A stretch of 64,000 nucleotides of DNA from Haliotis rubra (taxonomy: Eukaryota). Location of the stretch: contig NW_025767002.1 in the NCBI RefSeq assembly GCF_003918875.1, positions 682,001 through 746,000 of the forward strand. Reading direction: 5' to 3'. Each line of letters starts with the position of its first letter. Position 1 is the first letter of the stretch. Under the pieces are notes generated by a model that was not told where the DNA came from, made no database searches, and saw only the letters and a list, made by a program, of their open reading frames with translations. This document shows, piece after piece, positions 51,915 to 64,000 of this stretch. Made by a program: the position numbers and the translations under genes.

Positions 51915-52092
51915 TGTTGTTTGTTGTTGTTTAAAGCTGCTCTCTGCAATATTCCAGCTGTATGATTTTTTTGGTTTGTTGTGTAACGCCTCATTCAGGA
52001 ATATTCCAGTTATATGGCGGCGGTCTGTAAATAATCGAGTCTGGACCAGGCAATCCAGTGATCAACAGCATGAGCATGGATCTACGCAATCT
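51915..52092 (-). mobile_element. Partial family B 3' ends
   Basis: TATATGGCGGCGGTCTGTAAATAATCGAGTCTGGACC. Confidence 0.8.
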
Positions 52093-52299
52093 ACGCAAAG
52101 TTATTTAACACGGAGCTTTACGGTGTGCGTGCGTGTTTTGGAGGGGTTGGGGGACATACCTGGTTTGGTTTCTCACACAGGGAATGTGTGGAAAGCGTTT
52201 TAGGTGTGTCCGGGCGTAATTGTGCTGCACAAAACTCCTAAAATCCTTATCCATGATGCGATTCAGTCTATATCACGATCATATGTTTCTGTATCGCTA

Positions 52300-52985
52300 T
52301 CAGATTCAGATTCTTTATTCTCCATAGGACCACCAAAGGTGGTATCAGAGTAAATTACAAGGTATAATAATACAGTATGATGTGCAAGATGGCAGTATAT
52401 ATACGGGTACAACAAACATGACAGTGAGAGGTTATGACACTCGTGTTGCAATAATATTTATAAATGCTGCAAGGGATTTCAGTTCCTTTCTTTTACTGGA
52501 TGAAAAGAGTAATTTGAAATAATGGAGGCTGTTATTTTTGGTATATTTAATTGGTATAAGAATTCTCTATGACTTTCAAGTGATGTACATCGAAAATGTA
52601 ATGAAATTCGTCTGCTATGGCTGATGAATTACAAAGGTTGCAGGTTCTATTTTCTTTTGGTGTATTGGTCCAACGACCTTTTTCAATTGGTAGTTTATGA
52701 CTTGTAGTTCTAAATTTAAGTAAGGGATAAGAGATAGATTTTGGTAGATAGAGGTAATTTTCAAATTTAGGTAATTTCTTGTAATATTTATAATAAAAGC
52801 CTTTTGAACTGTTAGTAACTGAACTGTTCCATTGTTGAAAAAACTGATCAATGAGAATCGTGTCGATCATACTAACCAACCACTGTCTGTCATATAGGCT
52901 TGGTATCAGTAATACATATGAAAGACCACAGTTCTTTAATATTGATTCAATGTGGCTAAGCCAAGGAAATTGATAGTTGGAAGAT
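52300..52985 (-). mobile_element. LINE 3' end (RTE-X-like), 5'-truncated
   Basis: KFRTTSHKLPIEKGRW...RTCNLCNSSAIADEFHYIF; AATAAA then (GAATCT)n tail. Confidence 0.8.
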
Positions 52986-53469
52986 ACATCTGGTGTGATA
53001 AAAGTTAAAAGGTCACACGATAGTTTTTCCGTTCAAATAGTGGTGATACCATGTGTTCACGAAAAGGTACGCGCATCCTGCTCAACTGGTAGCATCTAGC
53101 AATGCCGTCTTATTTGACAGTTAGAGTAATCGTAGCCATGATGGCTTTGTAGAAAAGCAAATTGTTTACATATGGGTGAATATTTCTTCGAGTCGCATCA
53201 TCAGCTTGGTTTAAACATACTTTTATTCATGAAAATGAATTGGGATTGGTGAGCAAGCATTACTGCTTATGTTAACACCTCTCCCATGCAACATAAAATA
53301 CAAAATGAAATGGAGGATGTGACGTCATCGATATTGACTATTGCATAAATATACTATTTATAAATGTATATAGATATATACAGATTAAATCAAATACAAC
53401 TAGTCTCTAAATAGTCATAAGTTAGTGAGTTACAGTTGTGTGTGTCTAACAAGCCATTGTAGAGATATA

Positions 53470-53472
<3 letters not shown>

Positions 53473-53502
<30 letters not shown>

Positions 53503-54161
53503 CATACATACATACATACATACATACATACATACATACACAGAAACAATTATATAGCGCTAAAATCAGATAAGCACTTCTAAAGCGCTTTGAGTTCCAC
53601 ATCTTAACAGTGAGATTCAGTAGGCTTGGCTAAACAGATGTGTTTTTAGTTTGGTTTTGAAGAGTGAGAGTTCTTGTGAGGCCCGTATGTTGATGGGGAG
53701 TGTATTCCATAAGAATGGTGCTGCTGATGACCGTTCGCCGCAAGACTTGGTTCTGGAGCTTGGTACCACAAGGAGTTCGCTGTCAGCTGACCGCAGACTG
53801 CGCCGAGGTTGGTATGGCTGAATAAGACTTGAGATGTAGTTAGGAGCAAGATTGTGGAGAGATTTGAAAGTGAGGAGCAGAATCTTGTAAATGGTTCGGT
53901 AGCGAACAGGTAGCCAATGAAGTCTCTTCAAGACAGGGGTGATGTGCTCTAACTTGCAAGAAAGAGTGACCACACGAGCCGCTGCATTCTGGACCTGCTG
54001 CAGTTTCTTGACCAGATGAGCTGGGAGACCATAGAAGAGTGAGATGCAGGAATCAAGGCGAGATGTGATGTAGGCCTGAACTAATGCTGCTGCTGTTATC
54101 TCATCTAGATATCTTCGGATCTTTCCAATATTCCTGATATGGTGGTAGGACCGCCTGCAGA
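53473..54161 (-). mobile_element. L2 (CR1-group) LINE 3' end, 5'-truncated
   Basis: SRLD, KLQQVQNAAARV, HITPVLKRLHWLPV, APFLWNTLP, FKTKLKTHLF; AGCGCT...AGCGCT 3' stem and (TATG)n tail. Confidence 0.92.
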
Positions 54162-54389
54162 TTTAAACTCTCTGTGCAGCTGTACCCTTGAGTTTTGTTA
54201 GCATGGTTGTCTATAGTATATTTCCATGTGGAAACGTAGGAAAACCTCATTAACTCGAAGTATCGACATAAATGAATTCGAATTAAAACTGTTTCAGGGT
54301 ATATCCATTTGCATGTTCCATTTGCTCCGTAGTTTGTGTTAAAGCTATCGCCAGCGGGTTTTTAGATTGACATTGGCTCTTTGACATTT

Positions 54390-54642
54390 TAAACCTGTAT
54401 ACACCTTCGGGATATTACATATACCTGCAATCTAGAGAAAAATACTGGTTTCAGAATCAATGGGTTTTTAAAAAAAAACAATCGCCGAAAGTTGAAGTTC
54501 AATTGCCAACAGGAAACTTTGGTTCGATGTAACCTGTTTGCACCTTCAGGGTATTCCATTTATCTGTAGTCTAGATAGAAATATTGGCTTCAGTGGCATT
54601 GCTATTTTTTATAAAAGCAATCGTCGAAAGTTGAATTTCACT
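54390..54642. repeat. Diverged ~139-bp tandem duplication
   Basis: AACCTGT...CACCTTC...TCTAGA...CAATCG.CGAAAGTTGAA twice. Confidence 0.75.
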
Positions 54643-55037
54643 CTGTATTTAAAATGGATTTCTCCAACAACAAGCGCCAATACTTCAAAGCGGATGATTT
54701 AGCACCTCCCTGCATACTGGTGGTATTCCTGGTACAATAGCCAAGTATTGAGAACTTGCGATGAACTTTGAGTGCACATAAACATACACGTGTCGCTTAT
54801 TGTTTGTTTTATTGTGGTTGGGTCTGTATTGACTGAGCCAATATTGAACCTCGCTTGGGTAATATATCAATTCCTGATAGATTATGACATTGCACTCTGG
54901 ATTGCATATACAACACGCGTTTTTATGGTTCGGTTACGTGAGATCCGTGTTTGTTGTGACTGCAATAATAATGATGATGATAATAGTCGTCGTCATCATC
55001 GTAACTACCTCAGAACCACCACCATCACCATCACCAT

Positions 55038-55282
55038 CTGCTTGTCGTAAGAGGCGACTAACGGGATCGGGTGGTCAGGCTCGCTGACTTGGTTGCACAT
55101 GTCATCGCTGACTTGGTTGCCACATGTCATCGGTTCCCAATTGCGCAGATCGATGCTCATATGGTTGATCATTGGATTGTCTGGTCCAGACTCGATTATT
55201 TACAGACCGCCGCCATATAGCTGGAATATTGCTGAGTGCAAACTAAACTCACTCTCTCAATCACTCACTCAATCACTCACTC
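55038..55282 (+). mobile_element. 5'-truncated family B copy inserted in a (CAT/CAC)n tract
   Basis: Starts TGCTTGTCGTAAGAGGCGAC; internal duplication of CGCTGACTTGGTTGC(C)ACATGTCAT. Confidence 0.9.
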
Positions 55283-55401
55283 ACCATCACCATCATCATC
55301 ACCATCACCATCACCATCATCATCACCATCACCATCACCATCATCATCATCACCGCCACCACCAAGACTGCCCCGACTACCAACATCATCACCACCATAC
55401 A

Positions 55402-55438
<37 letters not shown>

Positions 55439-55800
55439 CTGCCACCACACCAAACATCATCCCGACCACCACCGCCACAATCAACATCACCATGACCATC
55501 GTCATCACCATCATCATCATCATCATAATCACCACCAACACTGCCCCCACTACCAACATCATCACCACCATACAACTACCACCCCTACCACCACCACACA
55601 CACCACCATCATCATCATCATCATCATCCATCATCATCATCACTGCCACCACACCGAACATCATCCAGACCACCACCGCCACCACAACCACCATCATCAT
55701 CAACATCATCATCGCCGCCAACACCAACACTGCCATCACAACCAACATCTCCACCCTCACCATCATCGTCGTCGTTATTATTATCATTTTTGTCGTTGTT
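55283..55800. repeat. Compound (CAT/CAC)n microsatellite with an internal higher-order duplication
   Basis: ACTACCAACATCATCACCACCATACAACTACCACC at about 55376 and 55549. Confidence 0.9.
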
Positions 55801-56591
55801 GTTCTTCCTCTTCTTCGTGTATTCTGTACATGCATTTACCCAATGGTCAACAGAAAACGGTACCATTCGGCGTATGTAGAACATGGGCATATCCCAGCAA
55901 TTACTAGTCATGGTTTCCGCATGTTTGTCTCAGCGCGTTACTCCAAGACCTGATACATTACACCTTGTGTTGATACAAACCACATGAATCGCTGGTAATT
56001 ACTGATGGCATAAATCAAATCGGCGATAAGAATCATACGCACATGACAGCCTAACCGGACATCACATGGCCCGAAGTGTGGACATTACGTCATACGAGAC
56101 ACGTGGTGTGGAGGACATTGTCCACTCCGAGGTCATTCTCGGTCTCTTCTCACCTCTCGGGGATCAGGGGTCATAATCTTGGGGATATCTCGTCAAACGG
56201 GGGACTTGACACATGGAACACACAATAAAACAATTACAACATGCACCCCTGTCTTAGGGATACCCCGGGGTAACGGGAAGCGTGTACCCCTTCTCTCACC
56301 TCGGTGTTAACTAGTTGCTATATTCACCTTAATACATTGTGATCCCTTAGGGTAATTGACCTGGATTACAAGAATAAGACTCCAATTAATACAGTTTTAG
56401 ATATTGTTGTAAGATAAGCCTATCGCGAGCCAGATCAAGCAGATCAAGAGAAATACAAATAAAGCATTTCTGATGTAAATGATATGGTCATCCTGCCCTT
56501 TGGCGGAGTTTCTTTGGCAACTTATTCTGTGCACCTCACTTTCATCGTCGTCATTGTCATTGGCGAGAATGAAACGATTAAATACTTATAG

Positions 56592-57297
56592 GTGTTGTTT
56601 AAGGTTAATCTTAGGCTTTATTGCATTTAATGTTACCTGAAACGAACAGGTATAACAAACTGACGGTTATAACCAGGTCTTTGAAAGATTCGGTTCTTTA
56701 ACACTTAGAGGTGTTGGTTAAGATTAATCTTAGGTTTTATTGCATTCAATATTACCTGAAACGAACTGGTAAAACAAGCTGACGGTTATCACCGGGTCTT
56801 TGAAAAATTGCTTCTTTAAGTGTTGGTTAAGATTAATCTCAGGTTTTATTGCATTTAATATTACCTGAAACGAACTGGTATAACAAACTGACGGTTATCA
56901 CCAGGTCTTTGAAAAATTGCATCTTTAAGTGTTGGTTAAGATTAATCTTAGGTTTTATTGCATTTAATATTACCTGAAACGAACTGGTAAAACAAGCTGA
57001 CGGTTATCACCGGTCTTTAAAAATTGCTTTGAAAGATTAATCGGTTCTATTGCATTTAATACTTAGAAACGAACTGGTTGGTTAAGATTAATCTTTGAGG
57101 TTTTATTGCATTCAATATTACCTGAAACGAACTGGTAAAACAAGCTGACGGTTATCATTGGGTCTTTGAAAGATTCGGTTCTTTAAGTGTTGGTTAAGAT
57201 TAATCTCAGGTTTTATTGCATTTAATATGACCTGAAACGAACTGGTATAAAAAACTGACGGTTATCACCAGGTCTTTGAAAGATTCGGTTCTTTAAC
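56592..57297. repeat. ~109-119 bp tandem repeat, about 6.5 copies
   Basis: GTGTTGGTTAAGATTAATCT.AGGTTTTATTGCATT...CTGACGGTTATCACC.GGTCTTTGAAA. Confidence 0.95.
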
Positions 57298-57330
57298 ACC
57301 ATGTCAACTCTTACTGTTCAGTTGGTAAGA

Positions 57331-57957
57331 TTTGTTTGTTGTTTAAAGGTCACATGCAACGTAAAACACAACTTTGCAGATTCTGATACCTTTATACTTG
57401 TACACATGACATGTTATGATGTCTGTTGATTGCAAAATGTTATACACAAAAATGAGCATGTATTTACAAAACCCAACATCTCTATATATACACACACACA
57501 ATGAGCCGTGAGGGCATCTGCAAATGAACCAGCCGTTACACTTGAGTGCACACCCACCCGCTCTGACTGGGTTCGGTATCCCGGCTGCTTCGTTTCTTGG
57601 GACGTAAACCCAAGTACAAAATATTGCACTTTTGATTTGCGATTGTACGCTTATAATTTTGTTTACATGTTTTTTCATAATCAGCAGCGTATATTATGTC
57701 ATGAATAAGTGATAATTGTGTTTTAATTATGTTTGAGTTTTTGGTTGCATGTGACCTTTAACGACCAACTCATCAATATTCCAACTATATAACGGCTGTC
57801 TTTAAATAGTCGAGTCTGAACCAGGCAATACAGTGATCAACATCATAAGCATCCATCTACATCATGACATATGTCAACCAAGTCAGCAAGAATGACTACT
57901 CGATCCAATTAGTCGCCTCTTACGACAAGCATGGGTTGCCCGGATCTTCTAATCCCG
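57331..57957 (-). mobile_element. Older family B copy split by a Kolobok-like MITE
   Basis: (TTTG)n tail at 57331; body resumes at 57762 and runs to TTAGTCGCCTCTTACGACAAGCATGGGTTG. Confidence 0.8.
57347..57757. mobile_element. 411-bp Kolobok-like non-autonomous DNA transposon
   Basis: Perfect 14-bp TIRs AGGTCACATGCAAC / GTTGCATGTGACCT, TTAA duplications, purine-purine termini. Confidence 0.88.
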
Positions 57958-57958
57958 A

Positions 57959-58127
57959 GGGCGGTGGGGTAGCCTAATGGTTAAAGCGTTGGCTCGTCAC
58001 GCCGAAGACCCGGGTTCGAATCCCCACATGGGTACAATGTGTGAAGCCCATTTCTGGTGTCCCCCGCCGTGATGTTGCTGGAATATTGCTAAAAGCGGCG
58101 TAAAACCAAACTCAGTCAGTCAGTCAG
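57959..58127 (+). mobile_element. Family A SINE, (TCAG)n subfamily, near-consensus
   Basis: TSD TCTTCTAATCCCGA. Confidence 0.95.
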
Positions 58128-58429
58128 TCTTCTAATCCCGAACTTCAAGGCCCTGTTGGTATGAATGGTCTTTATCTACCATTCTGAATCTCGCGTTAAT
58201 GAAATATATACACAACATACAACGAACCGACTTCGTATCTGTTACCATGGCGACACTGAGTTGACGATACACTGGCAGTAAAGAAAACTCGTATATTTTT
58301 CTAAGCATCAATATCATGCTCCTTAATGTTCTATAATGTTTAAAATGGCGCGAATGTATCGTCGAAAGTACAGATGACTTCAGTTTGTGGCTATGAATAT
58401 ACAGGTTATTATATTTACTTCGCTGCTTT

Positions 58430-58608
58430 GACTGACTGACTGAGTTTAGTTTTACGCCGCTTTTAGCAATATTCCAGCATTCCAGCATTATTCCATCACG
58501 ACGGGGGACACCTGAAATGGGCTTCATACATTGTACCCATGTGGGGATTCGAACCCGGGTCTTCGGCGTGACGAGCCAACGCTTTAACCGCTAGGCTACC
58601 CCACCGCC
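58430..58608 (-). mobile_element. Family A SINE, (TCAG)n subfamily
   Basis: TSD CTTCGCTGCTTT. Confidence 0.92.
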
Positions 58609-58649
58609 CTTCGCTGCTTTTAACAATACTACAGTTACATCAAGGCGCA

Positions 58650-58823
58650 NNNNNNNNNNNNNNNNNNNNNNNNNNNNNNNNNNNNNNNNNNNNNNNNNNN
58701 NNNNNNNNNNNNNNNNNNNNNNNNNNNNNNNNNNNNNNNNNNNNNNNNNNNNNNNNNNNNNNNNNNNNNNNNNNNNNNNNNNNNNNNNNNNNNNNNNNNN
58801 NNNNNNNNNNNNNNNNNNNNNNN
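58650..58823. other. Assembly gap, followed by a diverged family A copy (-58825-58963)
   Basis: Run of N; SINE motifs after it. Confidence 0.9.
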
Positions 58824-59664
58824 NCTGTAGCAGTATTCTCACAATATCACGGCGGGGGAACACAAGAAATTGGCTTCAGATATTTGCCCACGTGGAGAAT
58901 CGAACTCGTGTTTTCGGCGTGACGAGCGAACACTTTAACCACTATGCTACTCCACCGACCCCCATGTTGTAGGAGAGCCCGAGGTGATGCAGATGTTTAC
59001 TGGTGTGATGAAACCCTAGGAAACTTGCTGACAAATTCCAAACATAATAGATGCGAACTAGGGTTCGAACCCACTGTTTCTGGCTTTCCTAAGGGAGGCA
59101 ACTCGAACGCTTTTATTGAGGAGTTCCGTTCTTGTCAATGCAAATTCGCGATCTTCTTGACTCATAGTACCCATCATCAAGAATATATTCGGGACGGACA
59201 GCGCTGGGTTCAATTGCAATGTGGCCTTAGCGGCAATTGGTATTTTTCAAACGTGGCTTTCCCGGGTGGACACTGGGTGGGTGGATGACCAGTACCACTG
59301 ACCACCTCGTGCACTGACCGCTTCACACTCTGCTGACCAGGAGTTACTAATCCCTATATCGTTTACGTTAGACTTACTGGGTACTGGGTGTCAGGAACTG
59401 TGTGACCATGGTAACCTGGGCCATTATTCCGGACAATAGCCGAATATCTATCTCTAAGAATTAGTGTGTAGAGGATAGACATTGGAACGTTGAGATATTT
59501 GAGCTGATGTTATAATTTGTTGGAAAGACGTGTCCTTACGTTGTTTGCTCAACATGACAACATGTCAATGTACTTTACCATTGGTGAACGGGAAGCAAGT
59601 CTAGATTTCACGGGGTTCAGGATCTCCGATCTCACTAGGGTGTGTTTTGAACATAAAAGGAAAT

Positions 59665-60690
59665 ATTTGATACTGTATGGTCTTATATCGACTTTACATG
59701 TTATAATATCGATACTGTATGGTCTTATATCGACTTTTCATGTTATATCGATACTGTATGGTCTTACACTTTACATGTTCTAATATCGATACTGTATGGT
59801 CTTATATCGACTTTACATATTCTAATATCGATACTGTATGGTCTTATATCGACTTTACATGTTCTAATATCGATACTGTATGGTCTTATATCGACTTTAC
59901 ATGTTATAATATCGATACTGTATGGTCTTATATCGACTTTACATGTTATAATATCGATACTGTATGGTCTTATATCGACTTTACATGTTATAATATCGAT
60001 ACTGTATGGTCTTATATTGTCTTTACATGGTATAATATCGATACTGTATGGTCTTATATTGTCTTTACATGGTCTAATATCGATACTGTATGGTCTTTAT
60101 CGACTTTACATTTTATAATATCGATACTGTATGGTCTTATATCGACTTTACATATTCTAATATCGATACTGTATGGTCTTATATCGACTTTACATATTCT
60201 AATATCGATACTGTATGGTCTTATATCGACTTTACATATTCTAATATCGATAATGTATGGTCTTATATCGACTTTACATATTCTAATATCGATACTGTAT
60301 GGTCTTATATCGACTTTACATATTCTAATATCGATACTGTATGGTCTTATATCGACTTTACATGTTCTAATATCGATACTGTATGGTCTTATATCGACTT
60401 TACATATTCTAATATCGATACTGTATGGTCTTATATCGACTTCTTATATCGACTTTACATGTTCTAATATCGATAATGTATGGTCTATATGGTCATATAT
60501 ACCGTACTGTATGGTTTTATATCGACTGGTCTAATATCGATATATCGATGTATGGTCTTATATTGACTTTACTAATATCGTCTAATATCGTTATATTCTA
60601 ATACCGTATGGTCTTATTTATCAACTTTACACTTTACATACTAGTCTAATATCGATAATGTATGGTACTAAGACTTTATATGATCTAACA
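59665..60690. repeat. 42-bp tandem repeat, about 23 copies, degenerate at the right end
   Basis: Unit ATCGATACTGTATGGTCTTAT ATCGACTTTACAT(A/G)TTCTAAT. Confidence 0.97.
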
Positions 60691-61169
60691 TGTGTCTATC
60701 TGTGTCTCGGCGTTATATAAACTGGAATAAGCTGATGCAACGTTAAAGCTACGGATGGCTCGCTACATGTGCCTCTACCATGTCCGAACACTCAAACAGC
60801 CATTAGGATCCCTGGGTGAGAGAGGTTTGGTTCCACTTTGAACAGTATTTCAGTGACATGAAGGCTTTGGACAAGAATCCAAATGTTACAGGTTACATTC
60901 GTTTGTTACTGTGGAGAATCCTACTGTATGGGTATAAATGACAGACAGAGAACCATAGTCAAGGCGAAATTTAGCTTCGAGCCCGCGATCAGAAGATCCT
61001 TGTTGGTAAAGGGACGCAACCCGGTTCAGTGAATAGTGGCTCTTACCTGTGATATATTGTCAGTTAACAATATTTTATCCCACAAAGACTAATAACTTAC
61101 ATGAACGTTTGCCATCTGAACATATCGACCAGAGAACATCCAGATTATAACTGAGCTTCAGAAACATAA

Positions 61170-61518
61170 ACTTATCGTAGAAGGGGGACTTACGGGATCG
61201 GATGGTCAGACGGACTCAGATCACAGATCGGTGCTCATGCTGTTGATCACTGGGTTGTCTTTTCCAGACTCGATTATTTACGTTGGAATATTGCTGAGTG
61301 CGGCGTTAAACAACAAACAAACCTATACACATCACTCCTACTACTGATTGCTGCTGAGGCGGTGGGGTAGCCTAGTGGTTAAAGCGTTCGCTCGTCACGC
61401 CAAAGACCCGGGTTCGATACCCCACATGGGTTCAATGTGTTGAGCCCTTTTCCGGTGTCCCCCGCCGTGGTGTTGGAATATTGCTTAAAGCGGTGTAAAA
61501 CCGTACTCACTCATTCAC
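61170..61518 (+). mobile_element. Diverged family B copy (61170-61322) and a family A SINE (61357-61518)
   Basis: Consensus motifs of each family. Confidence 0.85.
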
Positions 61519-62328
61519 TATTTGCTGTTTGGCCTGCAGGGTACCTCAACCACGCCATTACGTAAAAACAGCACAAGGCATTATTCCCTTGAACGTAACA
61601 ATATATCAATGATTTCAGAGGATACAGAAATTGGCTGATAACAGACGTCCATTCCATTTAATGTAGCAATTAGTCCATCAGCGTCCGTATCGATTGTTAG
61701 TTATTCTCACCGACTCTAGTTGATCCAACTGCTTTTCCTGATAATGGCTATCCAGTCACGTTCAACGTGCTCCTAGAGAATGGAAACCAGTTTTGAAGAC
61801 CTTGTTATTGAAAAATGAATTTCCTTTCAAAACACAGTTCCGAACAATGTGGAGTGAATGTCGTCTTCGGCAACGTGCGTGAGAGACCGAAACTGGGTCC
61901 CTCGTGACACCGTACACGGGGAATATGTTGTCACGATTTCACAAATTACGCATCAAAGAATTTCGTATTTTTGGTCAGATGGTAGAAATTCGGTTAAGAA
62001 AATACTGTTTTACGTAGAGCAATGTCACGTGTCTGTTGACGACCTGATATAGCATTATCCATTTGATATGCTTAGTCTGGACTCGGTCATAGATGGACAT
62101 GCTGATTTCGTGATGTTTCTGGGTTTACTGACAGTTCGTCGAAGATTACGTGTGTGCTTATTAATCTAACTTTTATTGATTAGCCGGATTTTGGATTAAT
62201 ATTTGCGTGTATTTATGTCAGCGTCTCTCAGTAATGCTACGGCTATTAGAACGGCCTATAAAGACAGACAAACTGGTGATTGATATCATAATAAAAGATG
62301 GACCCCGTCGGGGTTACCGTGACACGTT

Positions 62329-62494
62329 GTGAGTGAGTGAGTTTTGTTTTACGCCGCTTTTAGCAATATTCCAGCAATATCACGTCGGGGAACACCAGAA
62401 ATGGGCTTCACACATTGTACCCATGTGGGGAATCGAACCCGGGTCCCCGGCGTGACGAGCGACCGCTTTAACCACTAGGCTACCCCACCACCCC
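62329..62494 (-). mobile_element. Family A SINE
   Basis: Full consensus match by eye. Confidence 0.92.
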
Positions 62495-62698
62495 GAGACA
62501 TTGTAAACCAGGTCACGGAGACTGACCACCCAGTTAATTTGACTAGGGGTCTGGGGATCTATTCAAATACAGATTTAGGATCAAATACAGTTTAGGATCA
62601 ATGAAATTAATAAAACTAAGTTGGGGTTGGGCGAATAACGTGAGCGTATGTATCACTGTGACCTTACCCTAGTGAAGACGTTATGTATGTTGTCCCTG

Positions 62699-63012
62699 GG
62701 TGCCGTTGTACAAAGCGATCTTAGCGCTGAGGTGACCCTAGACTAAGGCTTAGTCTCTGAATATATATAATTTTGATAGTAACAAACAAGCCCATTTATA
62801 TTGAAAAGGAGCCCTAGGGAGACCAGAGATTCAGAACCTGAGGAAATCTAGACTTGCTTTATTTAGGGCTTTAGCACTGCAGAGAGGGCTTGGCAGTAGG
62901 GAAATTAATGTGGTTCAGGGACTGTGAGACAGGCTAAGGTGACCCATACTCCCATACCTTAACATAGACTTAAGGTAGTCTTAGGGCTAAGGTTCTTTTG
63001 TACAACAGTACC
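62699..63012. mobile_element. Harbinger-like MITE with a nested ~200-bp element (62739-62936)
   Basis: Imperfect TIRs GGTGCCGTTGTACAAAGCGATCTTAGCGCTG / TTAGGGCTAAGGTTCTTTTGTACAACAGTACC, CTG flanks; insert flanked by AGGTGACCC. Confidence 0.75.
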
Positions 63013-63625
63013 CTGGGCATAAGAGGATGTTATTTAAGACAGTGTTAACTACAGTTACAGTAAATACCTGTATCAAACAAACAGAATAACGTTGTTTACG
63101 GAGCCAAATCCACGTGTAGTATGACCTTTAATGAAGGCCGGTAGGTCACGTTATAGCGTCAAAATGGCAATGCAAAGTGATCGAGTAACGTTTGACGCAC
63201 ATTTTGACAGCCTGCAATCGTTATCACGACAGAAGACACCAATGTCACACTCATCCATGTTAGGAATCAAACCCGGACCAAAATAGACAAGCGAACGCTG
63301 TACCCACCGTGCCACCCATCGCCCCTGACGACAACGGCACGTTATGGTGTAATGTCCCTCTGGCTAAACTATATAAATATGTTTTATTTAGGCAATTAAT
63401 TTGTTGCACTGGAGACACCACAACTATTTTATTCAGGTCATGTAACCATCACACGCCGGCGAGCTGAAGCACCTCAAAACAGGTGATTTATATGCATACT
63501 GCGACTCCTGTACTCGTTTGAACCTTAAGTGGTCCGGACACAATAACTCGACGATCACGGACGCTGCTATCAGATGCAGGCTTACGTCCCTTAGTGGTGC
63601 CAGGATCCCATGTTCGTGGATTCAT

Positions 63626-63984
63626 GGTGAGGTGAGGTGAAATTGGGTTTAACGTCGTGCTTGAGAATATTTCGCTCATATGACGACGTGCATGCGTGTG
63701 TGTATGTGTATGTGCGGCTGCTTGTACTAGCCCAGAGTTAAGCTGGTTTTATAGTGCTAGCCCACTGAGATACCATGCCGCAGTGTAGCATGAATACCCC
63801 ACTCAGACACATTATACTGACTCCGAGCCGACCAGTCCTTGTTGTACCCATTAATGCCGAGCGCCAGGCAGGGACCAACAAGTACCATATTTTAACGTCT
63901 TTTGGTATGACGCGGTTGGGGATCGAACCCGCGACCTTCCGCTCTCCGGGCGGACACTCTAACCACTACACCACGGAGGCGGTC
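63626..63984 (-). mobile_element. Family C SINE, full length
   Basis: TSD TCGTGGATTCA; tRNA head with A and B boxes; (CTCAC)n tail. Confidence 0.95.
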
Positions 63985-64000
63985 TCGTGGATTCAAATAC

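Noticed and set aside
55093-55953. Poly-His/Thr ORFs of 223-286 aa
   Set aside because: They begin inside a family B retroposon and run through a (CAT/CAC)n microsatellite
56592-57297. CRISPR-like or ncRNA array
   Set aside because: Whole units repeat without variable spacers; ordinary minisatellite
59719-60534. 14-aa repeat protein or CRISPR-like array
   Set aside because: Contiguous 42-bp tandem units with no unique spacers; eukaryotic context with no cas genes

Overview
Eukaryotic, AT-rich, repeat-dense, apparently non-coding DNA (intergenic or a large intron) from a draft assembly with five N-gaps. The repeat repertoire suggests a marine invertebrate, most plausibly a gastropod such as abalone; this is inference, not a database match. 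I recognise no host protein-coding exon. The recognisable protein remnants are a full-length but inactivated Tc1 transposon (32565-34081), a second small Tc1 fragment, and three LINE 3' ends (one L2, two RTE-X-like). About 55 short retroposon copies fall into three families. Family A is a ~165-bp tRNA-Asp-like SINE. Family C is a ~350-bp tRNA-headed SINE with a Meta/MESC-like middle domain. Family B is a ~250-270-bp element with no recognisable tRNA/5S head. All three end in a structurally equivalent 3' stem-loop plus microsatellite. There are also several MITEs (Tc1-, pogo-, Kolobok- and Harbinger-like, some nested) and several minisatellites. The most interesting observation is family B: its TSD-bounded copies start at the same position (within 1 nt), at the base of a predicted three-stem, pseudoknotted RNA with compensatory changes visible within the window. 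This makes it a candidate self-processing (ribozyme-like) head that does not fit the ribozyme classes I know. Coordinates of degenerate copies are approximate.
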